Of a DNA stretch of 64,000 nucleotides, positions 47,380 through 59,078 are shown one piece after another (the first letter of the stretch is position 1; the number at the start of each line of letters is the position of its first letter). The position numbers were made by a program, and so were the translations under genes. Source of the DNA: Auanema rhodensis (lineage: Eukaryota > Animalia > Nematoda); assembly GCA_964057225.1 (NCBI GenBank), contig OZ059897.1, positions 5,270,001-5,334,000 on the forward strand, given 5' to 3'. The notes beneath the pieces were generated by a model. The model was not told the DNA's origin. It ran no database searches and was given only the letters and a program-made list of their open reading frames with translations.

Positions 47380-48113
47380 AACTCAATCATAAATATTGTC
47401 TAATCCCTGTTGATGATGAAACGCTGAATATAGACAAGTTTGATGCTGAATTGAAGCTCTTACGAGAGAATAAATCTATACCCGATTATAAAAAGGCTGA
47501 ACTATACGAAGACTTGATTACCCGTCTCAAAAACTATAGAGAAAGCATAGATGCGCCTATATCAGTACAAGTGGAAAATGCTGATCCACCATTATTGCCA
47601 GAATACAAGCTGCCACGAAAGTATAACGATCTGTGGGAAAGATTTCCAGAGGTGCGTACAAACAAAAATAACCAACTTGTGATTAATAATGAGCCCGTAC
47701 CAAACACAAATATTACAAAAATTTTGGATTTTGTACTGGATAAAACAAAGACGGAACCCAATGGATTCTCAGTATTAGCCAAATTCTTAGCCAGTAATGG
47801 GGTCTCTAGCCCTAACAAGAAGGCAAAAAATGTAGAGCCTGCCGTCAGTAACAAGGATTCAGTTGATCCCGTGCCTACATCCACATCGGCTGTCACAGAC
47901 TTGGATGCTACTATTAATATATTACCTAGAACACCACGTCATCGTAAGGCTGTTATTCGATATTCACCCTCTCCGCGTCGTACATTCAAATCCAAAGCTA
48001 TAAATAAAAAGGCAAAACCCGCTGACACTGGTGAATCATATTACACACCTCAGGCGGGAGAAACACAGAATGGCAAAGGCCGTAAACGATTCTACATTAG
48101 ATTATGGAAGTAA
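47376..48113 (+). CDS. 245-aa hypothetical/core protein
   Basis: Conserved across copies. Confidence 0.75.
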   Translation: MKLNHKYCLIPVDDETLNIDKFDAELKLLRENKSIPDYKKAELYEDLITRLKNYRESIDAPISVQVENADPPLLPEYKLPRKYNDLWERFPEVRTNKNNQLVINNEPVPNTNITKILDFVLDKTKTEPNGFSVLAKFLASNGVSSPNKKAKNVEPAVSNKDSVDPVPTSTSAVTDLDATINILPRTPRHRKAVIRYSPSPRRTFKSKAINKKAKPADTGESYYTPQAGETQNGKGRKRFYIRLWK

Positions 48114-49137
48114 TGTTTTGGAGAACATTTATTATAATATTAAGCATCCAGCTTCTTATACGTCTGCCAAAAATCTATTATTGGAAGCGCGAAAGCATGG
48201 CATCGCAAAAGCACAAGTTGAAAGTTTTTTGCAAGACTCTGAAACTTTTACACGTCATAAACCAACCAGACTGCATATGCAGACTAAAAAGACTAGAGGC
48301 TGTGGTCGATTCCTAACAATGCAAGCAGATTTGGTTGATATGCAAAAATATAAAAAATCAAATGACGGCTATGCTTACATGTTGACCATGATTGATGTTT
48401 ATACACGCATGTTATATGTTAGGCCTTTGAAAACTAAAGGTGGTTTAGAGGTTGCTACTGCATTTGAAAATGTATTCAAGGATTTTATACCAATCCAACT
48501 AATAACGGATAACGGTGCAGAGTTTTATAATAGTCATTGTGAAAAACTATTCAAAAAATTTGCCATACTGCATGGATCAACAAGTTCACCACAAAAGGCG
48601 GCAATGGTGGAGCGAGCAAATAGAACTTTAAAAACGCGCATGATGAAATATCTCTATTACAAGAATAATCATCGATGGATAGATATACTAGATGACTTGG
48701 TCGAAGGAATAAACAAATCTTATAATCGGTCGATTAAAATGCGCCCCGTAGATGTTACAGCAAATATATTCGTTGAAGAATATGCACCAGCTGTTCGCAA
48801 CCGATTCAAAATTGGTGATAATGTTCGCATAAGCAAGAACAGGCGTACTTTTGAAAAAAGTTACGAGTCTGGATATACAATGGAACTATTCACAATTGAT
48901 GAGATTGTAGCCGGGAACCCAACCGTGTATAAACTTGTAGATTATAATGGTGAACGTATAAAGGGAATATTCTATGAGCCTGAACTTGTGTTGGCTACTA
49001 ATAAAAGCAACCAGTACTATATTGAGAAAGTTTTGAAAGAGCGTACACGAAATGGTAAACGCCAAGTATTTGTAAAATGGAGTGGCTATCCCGACAACTT
49101 TAATGAATGGATAGATGCAGAAAATTTAAATGTATAA
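48070..49137 (+). CDS. rve integrase with chromodomain
   Basis: DDE motifs and chromodomain; first ATG at 48070. Confidence 0.95.
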   Translation: MAKAVNDSTLDYGSNVLENIYYNIKHPASYTSAKNLLLEARKHGIAKAQVESFLQDSETFTRHKPTRLHMQTKKTRGCGRFLTMQADLVDMQKYKKSNDGYAYMLTMIDVYTRMLYVRPLKTKGGLEVATAFENVFKDFIPIQLITDNGAEFYNSHCEKLFKKFAILHGSTSSPQKAAMVERANRTLKTRMMKYLYYKNNHRWIDILDDLVEGINKSYNRSIKMRPVDVTANIFVEEYAPAVRNRFKIGDNVRISKNRRTFEKSYESGYTMELFTIDEIVAGNPTVYKLVDYNGERIKGIFYEPELVLATNKSNQYYIEKVLKERTRNGKRQVFVKWSGYPDNFNEWIDAENLNV

Positions 49138-49435
49138 TTTTTCACTGTTGTTGTAAACAATTGTATTAATAATAAATGATTTATTTGATCAATCGTTCAT
49201 ATTGTAACAATAAAAAACCAGCAAAACATAAAAGCCAAGACAATGATATAACCTATAATTATAAACTGATTAATATTTAAATTTTCAATGCTTACCAGTT
49301 GGTTTGAGAGTCGGCTGTTGATGGATAATTTCAAACTTCAAGAGCTGGAAAAAAAAAATGTTACGGCTAAGAAAATTTAAATATAACATAACAAAATCAA
49401 CCAACTATCCATTAAACAGTTTGTGCTTGTTGTAG

Positions 49436-50029
49436 TCAAAACGATGGATCAAAACGGATAAGCATATTCAAGTTGAGCGCCTGTTGACTTAATTTAAAGT
49501 AGAACACATTCTGCTTATAACCAAAAGACTTGACAGTTGACTCATCAGTATAAATGGCAATGTAACCCATATTATTCAACAATTGTTTTGATGACATGCT
49601 AGAATAGGAACGCATCTGTAAAAGAAAAAATAATAATTAGAATTAATAATTTTATAATCTCACATTGATTGTTGAATTTTCAGGTTTATAATGACGGAAA
49701 ACTTTTAAAAGCCCTAAGGCATCATTCCTCGCTCTACACTTGACACAGAGGCTGAAACAGTGGTACTCGTCTACGACTTGCAATGTATCCCTACAAGTTT
49801 TGCAGAGACATATTGGTCTCATAACTACAGGCTGTTGTGGAGAGCTATCCTTTGAGATTTGTACCTGCTTTTTTGGTGTGTCTAAACAAAAAATAATTAA
49901 TAACAAAAATAAAACCTTACCAAAGAATGTGGCAGCAAAGTTGGGTCCTGGTGTGGGTGGTCTTGGAACATCCGGTTCCGGTGTCGAAGGTACAATATTC
50001 TCTACATCAACAAGAGCGGAACGCTTCAT
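49436..50029 (-). CDS. Spliced Cys-rich cargo gene, inner copy
   Basis: Reverse complement of 21990-22583; splice sites conserved. Confidence 0.55.
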
Positions 50030-51196
50030 GTTTGTAGCCCAATTGGAGGCTTTTCCTAAACAACAACGAACTTTTACGTCTAGGGTCCAAGTAGAGTAGA
50101 GGAAAGTCCTAGCAGCAGTCTGTTGACGTTGGATCAGATCGTCGGCTTGTTGGCAGAGGTGGATCGGCGAGAAGACTTGGTGGCGGAGCTGGATCGGAGA
50201 GTAGACTTGTTGACAGAGCTGGATCGTAGAGTCGACTTGTTGGCGGAGCTGAAATGCAAATTTCGGTCTAAAAAATTTTGCCACCTTTTATACAAACTTT
50301 GTTGTAAAGCTCTACCCACTCCGCCTCTTTCACAAAACAGTTGACTGCTGTATGCGGCTTTTCTATTTGTTATATATTACAACAAATATATGCATTTATA
50401 CATTAATTAGCAGTTTGTTGCGCAAACAGCTGCCAAATGCGCTAAAATACACCGATTGCGCCAACAGTTGCCGGATTAACAACCTGTAAACTATCCGCTT
50501 ATTAATTACTTGTTACATCATTCGATTTCGTAAATACAAATATTTAACAATAATTCAACTCATTTGTGACAAGTCCCTATACAATAACAACTGTCATCCA
50601 AAATTGTGGAAGATTACAATAGGATCGTTTAATATTGTATTCATATTCTTATTATAACAGCTGTGGTACACTTTTACTTTTATAGTTTAGGAAACACTAA
50701 TTCAAAATGTTGGATCCTACTGAGGAAACGCAGGATTGTTGCGAAAAACAGACTTGTACACATCCGATTACAAGTACAACATTTCCAGACACTTTGTAAA
50801 AAAGAAACTCTTACAAAATGTTAACACATGTTCTAATTTTAAATGAAAATTTATTGTTCAATAAATATATTACGAAACATTTATTCTATTCTTGAACATA
50901 GTTATGAAATACATTAGCTATCAGAACATTTATAAACTATTAGGGCTACAACAACAATTACTTTAAAGTAACATTTTTGATGTTAAAAAGTTTGAAAATA
51001 TTCGTATATACTCATGACCCCTTGGCATAGTAAGTATTCTTTAGCGTTATGGGTACATGTGGTGTACAGCTATTTATCATATTTTTATGAACACAACTTT
51101 TGCCATGTGGTACATGTGTAGTGCACCTGTTTTAACGATCTTATCGAATTAACCTTCGATATGTGTTTCATTAAATTTAGTTTAAATATTTATTAC

Positions 51197-51840
51197 TTCT
51201 TATCGAATTAACCTTCGATATGAGTTCCATTGATTAACCCATAAGAGGTACGGTGAACATATTGATTACCTTTTAAATTTATTTAAATAATTAAAAACAA
51301 TATATATGAGAAATAATTTATTCAGTTTTAAAGATACAATTAAAAAATATATAAATATTAAAATACATTTAAAAAGAAATATTATTAAAAATATATTTAA
51401 AAAGAAACAATTAAATAATAATATTTACAAATACAATTTAAAATATATATAAATATTAAAAATACATTTAAAAAGAAACAATTAAATAATAATATTTCCA
51501 AATACAATTTAAAATATATATAAATATTAAAAATACATTTAAAAAGAAATAAGTTTAAAAATATTTACAAATACAATTAACAAATATATAAATAATAAAA
51601 ATTCATTTAAAATAATACATTAAAAAATAATTTTTAAAAAAAAATCATGCATTTTGATTCATGCGCAGGCTCGAGAGCCTGCCTCGGGAGGAAAAGTATA
51701 TTTTTGACAGCTGACGCCGAAAATATGATTTTGACAGCTGACGCCCCCAAAAGTATGATTTTGACAGCTGACGCCCTCAAAAGTATGTTTTTAGCAACTG
51801 TTTGGGGGCGTGGTTAGTAAATTCGGCATGGCTCTCTACT
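51197..51840 (-). repeat. Inner TIR, integrase end (644 bp; one extra 71-bp AT-rich unit)
   Basis: Inverted match to 35153-35725. Confidence 0.92.
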
Positions 51841-54800
51841 TACGCTCCTCATACCAAATATTGAATGAAGCTAGGTCTTCTGCTTTCATTCTAGCAGTAC
51901 AATAGTAATGCTTTGGTGGCAAGGATGGTAGCACTTTGCCATAATTTATTGGGTGGTTAAAGAGGTATGGGAATTGTCCTTTACTCATATCAGGTACACC
52001 AAATGCCTTGGGTAACGCTGATAAGGGTAAAGGCACTAGTAAATAACTATCTTTAAAACATAAATGGTTAATGTTTTGACCTCTTAATGGCTTGACAACC
52101 ATGCTAATAATCTTGGTCCCATTTAAAATGGGGTCAGGATATATTCCACGGTTTATCAGCCTAGACACCAAGAAATGTATGTCAAAGCGCGACCCGTTGT
52201 GCGCAATCAAAATTGCATTATCATTCTCAGAAAAGTTGAGTAACCAATCAAGGAAACGATCTGTTACAGACCATTCACTATCACCTTGTTGGTACCCAAA
52301 ATGGCCCTCCTTGGTTGTGCATTTCTCACAGGAATTGGCATCTATACAACTTTCACAAAATTTGTTATACACAACCATATTGGGCCATTGTTCATCTGCA
52401 TATTCATGAACATTTGTGCCGTTTTTTAACACAACTGTTTCAAAGTCATAAAATATAATCTTAAACAAGTAAGCATTACACTTGTAAAGATGTTAAATAC
52501 AAACCTTGAACTTTTCTTGCTTCTTTTTTAGCTGAGCCTTCTTCTTGTCGTTAGGTGGAACCCAACAACAAGAGTGCTCTTCAGGCTTTGTCTGACCGCA
52601 CTTTTTGCAGAATTTTTCATTGCAATTGTGCGGTCTATCAGCACGGACCATGTGATAGTGATCACACGCCACACATGTCTGAATTTAAGCTTGTTATGTA
52701 CAACTTTAAATTTTCACAAAATACCTTGAATTTTTGGCAGGCTTTTCGCAAATGCCTATCGAAGCATTGTTGAGTTTTAAACAAAACTCTACAACTATCA
52801 CACCTCACGCTACTCTCAACCACATTCCCCATCGCATTACAATTATAGGTGTGGCATTTTTTACATTTGGCTTTACATCTATGCAACACTGTATTGTAAG
52901 ATAACTTACAGTGTTGACATATAATACCATCAAAAATTTTCGAACGACTACCAGCTGTAATACAATCATAGTGATTATTTCGGTAACCTAGTGTTACCAA
53001 TTTGCTAGCCGCTTCATTAAATATTTTCTGGATAGTGTACATACGCTGTCCAGGCGGTCTAGCATATACTACAAACTTATAGTTTGTATTACAGCTGGCA
53101 ATAATGTTTAAATGAATTAAATTATAATTTGGTAAATCTACAGAAATACCACACCTATTTAATAAATTGATATGGTGTGGCTGATTTGGCAATAAGATGT
53201 AATTGCGACGAAGGTTTTGCAGCCTTCGCTTCTCATCGCCATCTTCAGTGGCCAGCTCGTCAGCTTTCCACATTCCCACAACTGCTGATCTAGCCAGACA
53301 ATGTGAGTCAGTGTTGGCAATGGTTCCAGGTATTTTGAGTTCGGGGTCAAAATAAAACCCGACTCTACCTTCACCAGGCATCAGGCTTGGCTGCGCTGGC
53401 CTTTCATCAAACACATACATCTCAATATTCATTGCCTGGCTGATCACAGCCTCTCGTTTTGATTGCTGCACCTTGCTGATGGCATTCATAATGGCTACGC
53501 CATCCAGATGCTCCCTTCTACGAAAGTCCATAAATATGGAGCCCTTTTCAAAGGAAGGGTGCTCAATTGATAAACAAAATAAGGCTTTTTGCTTATCAGG
53601 CACACCGCTTTCAGCAAGACAACGATCAAGGAATTCGTTGAATAACCGCGGCATGATAACATGCATTGGTTCATCAACATTTTCCAAGTGTGGGAACGTG
53701 AGCGATCGAACGACCACGTTGGTAAAACGACCGGTGCGTTTTATGCGCCGGTGTGACCACTATAATAAACAACATTTATAACAGTTTACATGCTTTTTTT
53801 ATTTTTATTTTTAAAAGTTTAAATAAAAATAGTTTTAAGAATATATATGAATTGTTTCATCTTTTGCTTAAAATTATTATGTCTCTTTGTTTGTTATAGT
53901 CGTTATTTTTTTTTTATTTAATTGAAATGTTTTCAAATATATGTTTAGTTTGTTTCAAAACGATTAGAAAAATACAAAATATTTAAATGTTTCAGTTTTT
54001 GAGCATCATTTTTTTTTTAATGTTTAAAAATTTAATAAATAAAAATTAAATAATAGTAGAATTATAAAATTGTTTAAAATATATATAAATAAAAGAGATG
54101 AAGTGAAATGGTTTAGAAAATACAAAATATTTAAATGTTTCAGTTTTTGAGCATCACAATATTGAAATTTAAATGTTTTTTAGTGATTAAAAATTTAATA
54201 AACGAAATTATGAAAAAGTGATAGAAATTTAAATTTGTTCAAGATATGTGATTAAATAAAAGAGATGAAGTGAAATGGCTTAGAAAATATAAATCAATTT
54301 CATGTTTCAGTTTTTGAGCATCACAATATTGAAATTTAAATGTTTTTTTAATGATTAAAAATTTAAAAAATGAAATTATGAAATAGTGGTAGAAATATAA
54401 AATTGTTTAAAATAGATGGAGTGAAATGGTTTAGAAAAAAAACAAAATATTTAAATGTTTCTGTTTTTGCGCATCAAAATATTTAAATTTAAGTGTAATT
54501 TAATGATTAAAAAGTTTAATAAATAAAAATTATAAAGTAGTGGTAAAAATTTAAAATTGTTTAAAATATGAAATTAAATAAAAGAGATGGAGTGAAATGA
54601 TTTGAAAAATACAAAATATTTAAATGTGTCAGTTTTTGAGCATCAAAATATTTAAATTTAAGTGTATTTTAATGAATAAAAATTTAATAAATGATATTAT
54701 GGCATGGATTTGGGATAAGATTTTATTTTATTTTTCAAAAAGCCACCAAATGTATGATGATTTGTTTAAAAATAGATGGCAGAATTCAAAATTGCTCAAG

Positions 54801-55293
54801 ATATGTAATCAAATAAAAGATATAGAGTGAAAAGAATTGTAACATGAAAAAAAAAAAGGTTAAAAGCTCGTACCTTTATTTGACAAACATCGTTGAAGGA
54901 TGAACCGCCTCCTAATTGTTCTCCACTAGTTGATGGCATCTCGGGATTCCATTCTCTGGAAAAAATAAATTTCATGCTTTTTCATTATATGATAGCTTAC
55001 TCATTATCGCTGTCATCCAAGGTGATAACTTCAATAACCCTTGATGACGAGGGACCACTATTGGAAGTGGTTATTGCGGGGTCACACAGCTCAACACCAC
55101 CACTCTCGGTAAGTTTTATGCGCTTACTAAAAAAAAAACAAAGATGTATATTTTAAAAATATTGTTAAATTACCTGAGTTGATAAATTTCCTCATAATCG
55201 AACCCCAACTCTTCACATACACGCTTATAACTGAAAATAAATATTTTAATTAAAAAAAAAAGATAGGAAAAAACACAACCTGTTAGCAGCCAT
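51841..55293 (-). pseudogene. Outer pPolB, 5' part (exons 1-7), truncated by the insertion
   Basis: ATG at 55293; reads ...WYEERK and stops inside the inner TIR. Confidence 0.9.
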
Positions 55294-56319
55294 TGTATCT
55301 TGTTAGAATAAAATTATGCAAACTCTGAGAGGTAGTTATCCATATTTCATTTTACACATTTATATTACACTTCATTGCAAGAACAGTCAGTTGTTTTATT
55401 GTCACGTAACAATGTTGCCAACACTCAACATTGTATCATATTACAGCTGTCAACAGTGGCAGTTGCCAATCCGCTGTTAATAAATACGCATGTATTGTTG
55501 TGGTCAGCGCAACTGTTTCAACAATCTTATCGAATTAATCATCGATATGTGTTCTTTGAGTTAGGGTATTAGAATATTAGTAATATACACACTAAAACTT
55601 TTTCTATATACTCTTCTTTCCAAGTAATTTGAGAATATTAGAAATCTTGATGCATATGCTATACAGCTATTTGTTATACTTTAATGAACAAGTGCTTTGC
55701 CATTTGGTTCATTGTAGGTCAACGTATCTGTTTCACCAATCTTATCGAATTGATATTCGATATGTGTTCCATTAACATTTTTGATACTAAAAACTATATA
55801 CCCATGACCCCTTGGCATAGTAAGTATTCTTTAGCGTTATGGGTACTTGTGCTGTACAGCTATTTATCATATTTTTATGAACAAAACTTTTGCCATGTGG
55901 TACATGTGTGGGGCAGCGCACCTGTTTTAACGATCTTATCGAATTAATCTTCGATATGTGTTCCATTGGAAACAACACAATTGTTTGTGAATCCTATCGA
56001 ATTAACCTTCGATATGTGTTTTATTGAGTTAGTATATTAGAATATACTAATATAAAATTTAAAAAAAAAAGGTTCTTTAAACTATTCTTTCATGTAATTT
56101 GAAAATATTAGACAACTTGGTACATGTGGTGTACAGCTATTTATCATATTTTTATGAACAAAACGTTTGCCATGTGGTTCTTGTGTGGGTCAGTGCACCT
56201 GTTTTAACGATCTTATCGAATTAACCTTCGATATGTGTTCCATTAACTTTTGTATTTCATATCGTTCTTATCGAATTAACTTTCGATATGTGTTCCATTA
56301 ACTTTTGTATTTCATATCG

Positions 56320-56960
56320 TTCTTATCGAATTAACCTTCGATATGAGTTCCATTGATTAACCCATAAGAGGTACGGTGAACATATTGATTACCTTTTAAA
56401 TTTATTTAAATAAATAAAAAAACAATATATATGAGAAATAATTTATTCAGAAAAGTTTTAAAGATACAATTAAAAAATATATAAATATTAAATACATTTA
56501 AAAAGAAATATTATTAAAAACACATTTAAAAAGAAACAATTAAATAATAATATTTACAAATACAATTTGAAATATATATAAATATTAAAAATACATTTAA
56601 AAAGAAACAATTAAATAATAATATTTACAAATACAATTTGAAATATATATAAATATTAAAAACACATTTAAAAAGAAACAATTAAATAATAATATTTACA
56701 AATACAATTTGAAATATATATAAATATTAAAAATACATTTAAAAAGAAATAATTTTAAAAATATTTAGAAAATATATAAATTTTTAAAATATCATGCATT
56801 TTGATCCATGCGCAGGCTCGAGAGCCTGCCTCTTGATGAAAAGTATATTTTTGACAGCTGACGCCCCCAAAAGTATGATTTTGACAGCTGACGCCCTCAA
56901 AAGTATGTTTTTAGCAACTGTTTGGGGGCGTGGTTAGTAAATTCGGCATGGCTCTCTACT
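56320..56960 (-). repeat. Outer TIR, pPolB end
   Basis: Ends CTCTCTACT, followed by TSD ATGGTT. Confidence 0.92.
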
Positions 56961-56966
56961 ATGGTT

Positions 56967-57449
56967 ACCACGCCCCCAAACAGTTGCTAAAAACATATTT
57001 TTGAGGGCGTCAGCTGCTAAAATCATACTTTTGGGGGCGTCAGCTGTCAAAATCATATTTTCGGCGTCAGCTATCAAAAATATACTTTTCCTCCCGAGGC
57101 AGGCTCTCGAGCCTGCGCATGGATCAAAATGCATGATTTTTTTTTTTTTTAAATCTTTTTTTAAATTATTTTTTTTAAATGAATTTTTATTATTTATATA
57201 TTTGTTAATTGTACTTTTTAAATATTATTAAAATTATTTCTTTTTTAATTGTATCTTTTAAATATTATTAAAATTATTTCTTTTTAAATGTATTTTTTTT
57301 ATTTATTTAAATATTTTTAAAAGGTAATCAATGTGTTCACCGTACCTCTTATGGGTTATTCAATGGAACTCATATCGAAGGTTAATTCGATAAGAAGTAG
57401 AAGTTAATTTTTTCGTTGAAAAACATTGTCCATCGTCTTCGTCTTGAAA
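56967..57449 (+). mobile_element. Truncated, divergent TIR of a third related element
   Basis: Lacks the terminal ~26 bp; private SNPs, shorter AT tract, and ~50 bp of unique sequence at about 57400-57449. Confidence 0.75.
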
Positions 57450-58023
57450 AAAACGTATATGTGAAAATACTGAAAAGTTTTTCAACGTCCCCATTGATAG
57501 AATATTCTGGTTCAGTCAATGTGGTACATCGTCAGGTGTTCCATTAAATGATGAGCGTTTAATAGTTATTCAAGGACCACCTGATCCGGATATAATAAAA
57601 GAGCAAAAGGGAGTAAACACCATACTAGTGCTGGATGATTTGATGAATTTTTTCTCATCGAATAAAGCGGCTAAAGAATTACTCAACAACATTTTTACAG
57701 TGTGGGCACATCACTGGAATTTGGCAGTGTTTAATCTTGTGCAAGCTGCATTTCAGCTAGACAGGACCAGTCGAATTAATAGTACATATATAATACTGAT
57801 GAAAAGTCATTCGGATATATTACAAATACGTAATTGTCTGCAACAATTATTTGGCCCCCGCTTTAAAAATGCTCTAGAAGCATATGATGATGCAATGTCT
57901 ACACCCTATAGTCATTTACTGATTGACAACCATCCTTTAACAAATGAGAAACAGCGTATACTATCAGATATAACAGCGGAGCACCCTATTGTTTATGTAG
58001 CCAGAAATATATTCAGTGTTTAA
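57450..58023 (+). pseudogene. 5'-truncated ATPase lacking Walker A
   Basis: Homology begins at KRICEN, downstream of GATQCGKT. Confidence 0.88.
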
Positions 58024-58035
58024 TGTGCATGTTCA

Positions 58036-58344
58036 ATGAGTGGTCGTATTTTGTCAAATTACAACTTTTTATCTTCTTGTGCCAAAACCCCTTGTTCTGT
58101 TTCCTCATTTTCTTTTTCACAAATTGAAATTATTGTTGAAATTGTATTTAATATTGTGAAAAATAATAATTTTCTCTTAACTAACAAGGAATATAAAACC
58201 CTTTTGCCCATATCCTCATTATTACGTCAAATAGCTTTGATACGCACACCCGAAAAGGCTAAAACTTTATTGGCAACGATTTCACACAAACAATTGAAAA
58301 CAATAGTTTCATGCGGAATTGCTTATTTTGGTTTTAAAAGATGA
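58036..58344 (+). CDS. 102-aa protein, copy
   Basis: Same translation as 47071-47379. Confidence 0.75.
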   Translation: MSGRILSNYNFLSSCAKTPCSVSSFSFSQIEIIVEIVFNIVKNNNFLLTNKEYKTLLPISSLLRQIALIRTPEKAKTLLATISHKQLKTIVSCGIAYFGFKR

Positions 58345-59078
58345 AACTCAATCATAAATATTGTCTAATCCCTGTTGATGATGAAACGCTGAATATAGAC
58401 AAGTTTGATGCTGAATTGAAGCTCTTACGAGAGAATAAATCTATACCCGATTATAAAAAGGCTGAACTATACGAAGACTTGATTACCCGTCTCAAAAACT
58501 ATAGAGAAAGCATAGATGCGCCTATATCAGTACAAGTGGAAAATGCTGATCCACCATTATTGCCAGAATACAAGCTGCCACGAAAGTATAACGATCTGTG
58601 GGAAAGATTTCCAGAGGTGCGTACAAACAAAAATAACCAACTTGTGATTAATAATGAGCCCGTACCAAACACAAATATTACAAAAATTTTGGATTTTGTA
58701 CTGGATAAAACAAAGACGGAACCCAATGGATTCTCAGTATTAGCCAAATTCTTAGCCAGTAATGGGGTCTCTAGCCCTAACAAGAAGGCAAAAAATGTAG
58801 AGCCTGCCGTCAGTAACAAGGATTCAGTTGATCCCGTGCCTACATCCACATCGGCTGTCACAGACTTGGATGCTACTATTAATATATTACCTAGAACACC
58901 ACGTCATCGTAAGGCTGTTATTCGATATTCACCCTCTCCGCGTCGTACATTCAAATCCAAAGCTATAAATAAAAAGGCAAAACCCGCTGACACTGGTGAA
59001 TCATATTACACACCTCAGGCGGGAGAAACACAGAATGGCAAAGGCCGTAAACGATTCTACATTAGATTATGGAAGTAA
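58341..59078 (+). CDS. 245-aa protein, copy
   Basis: Same translation as 47376-48113. Confidence 0.75.
   Translation: MKLNHKYCLIPVDDETLNIDKFDAELKLLRENKSIPDYKKAELYEDLITRLKNYRESIDAPISVQVENADPPLLPEYKLPRKYNDLWERFPEVRTNKNNQLVINNEPVPNTNITKILDFVLDKTKTEPNGFSVLAKFLASNGVSSPNKKAKNVEPAVSNKDSVDPVPTSTSAVTDLDATINILPRTPRHRKAVIRYSPSPRRTFKSKAINKKAKPADTGESYYTPQAGETQNGKGRKRFYIRLWK

Larger units (their letters stand above)
35153..51840 (+). mobile_element. Inner, apparently intact Maverick/Polinton, 16,688 bp
   Basis: AGTAGAG...CTCTACT termini; TSD TACGCT (35147-35152, 51841-51846); all core ORFs open. Confidence 0.97.
20264..56960 (-). mobile_element. Outer Maverick/Polinton, defective; contains the nested copy
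   Basis: AGTAGAGAG...CTCTCTACT termini, 6-bp TSD ATGGTT (20258-20263, 56961-56966). Encodes integrase, ATPase, minor and major capsid, protease and pPolB. Confidence 0.96.

Noticed and set aside
45092-47896. Antisense and alternate-frame ORFs (116, 75, 160, 67, 120 aa and their copies)
   Set aside because: Shadows of real genes; recurrence only reflects near-identical copies.
50708-50850. Short ORFs near the integrase-end subterminal region
   Set aside because: At most about 45 codons and no consistent exon model could be built.
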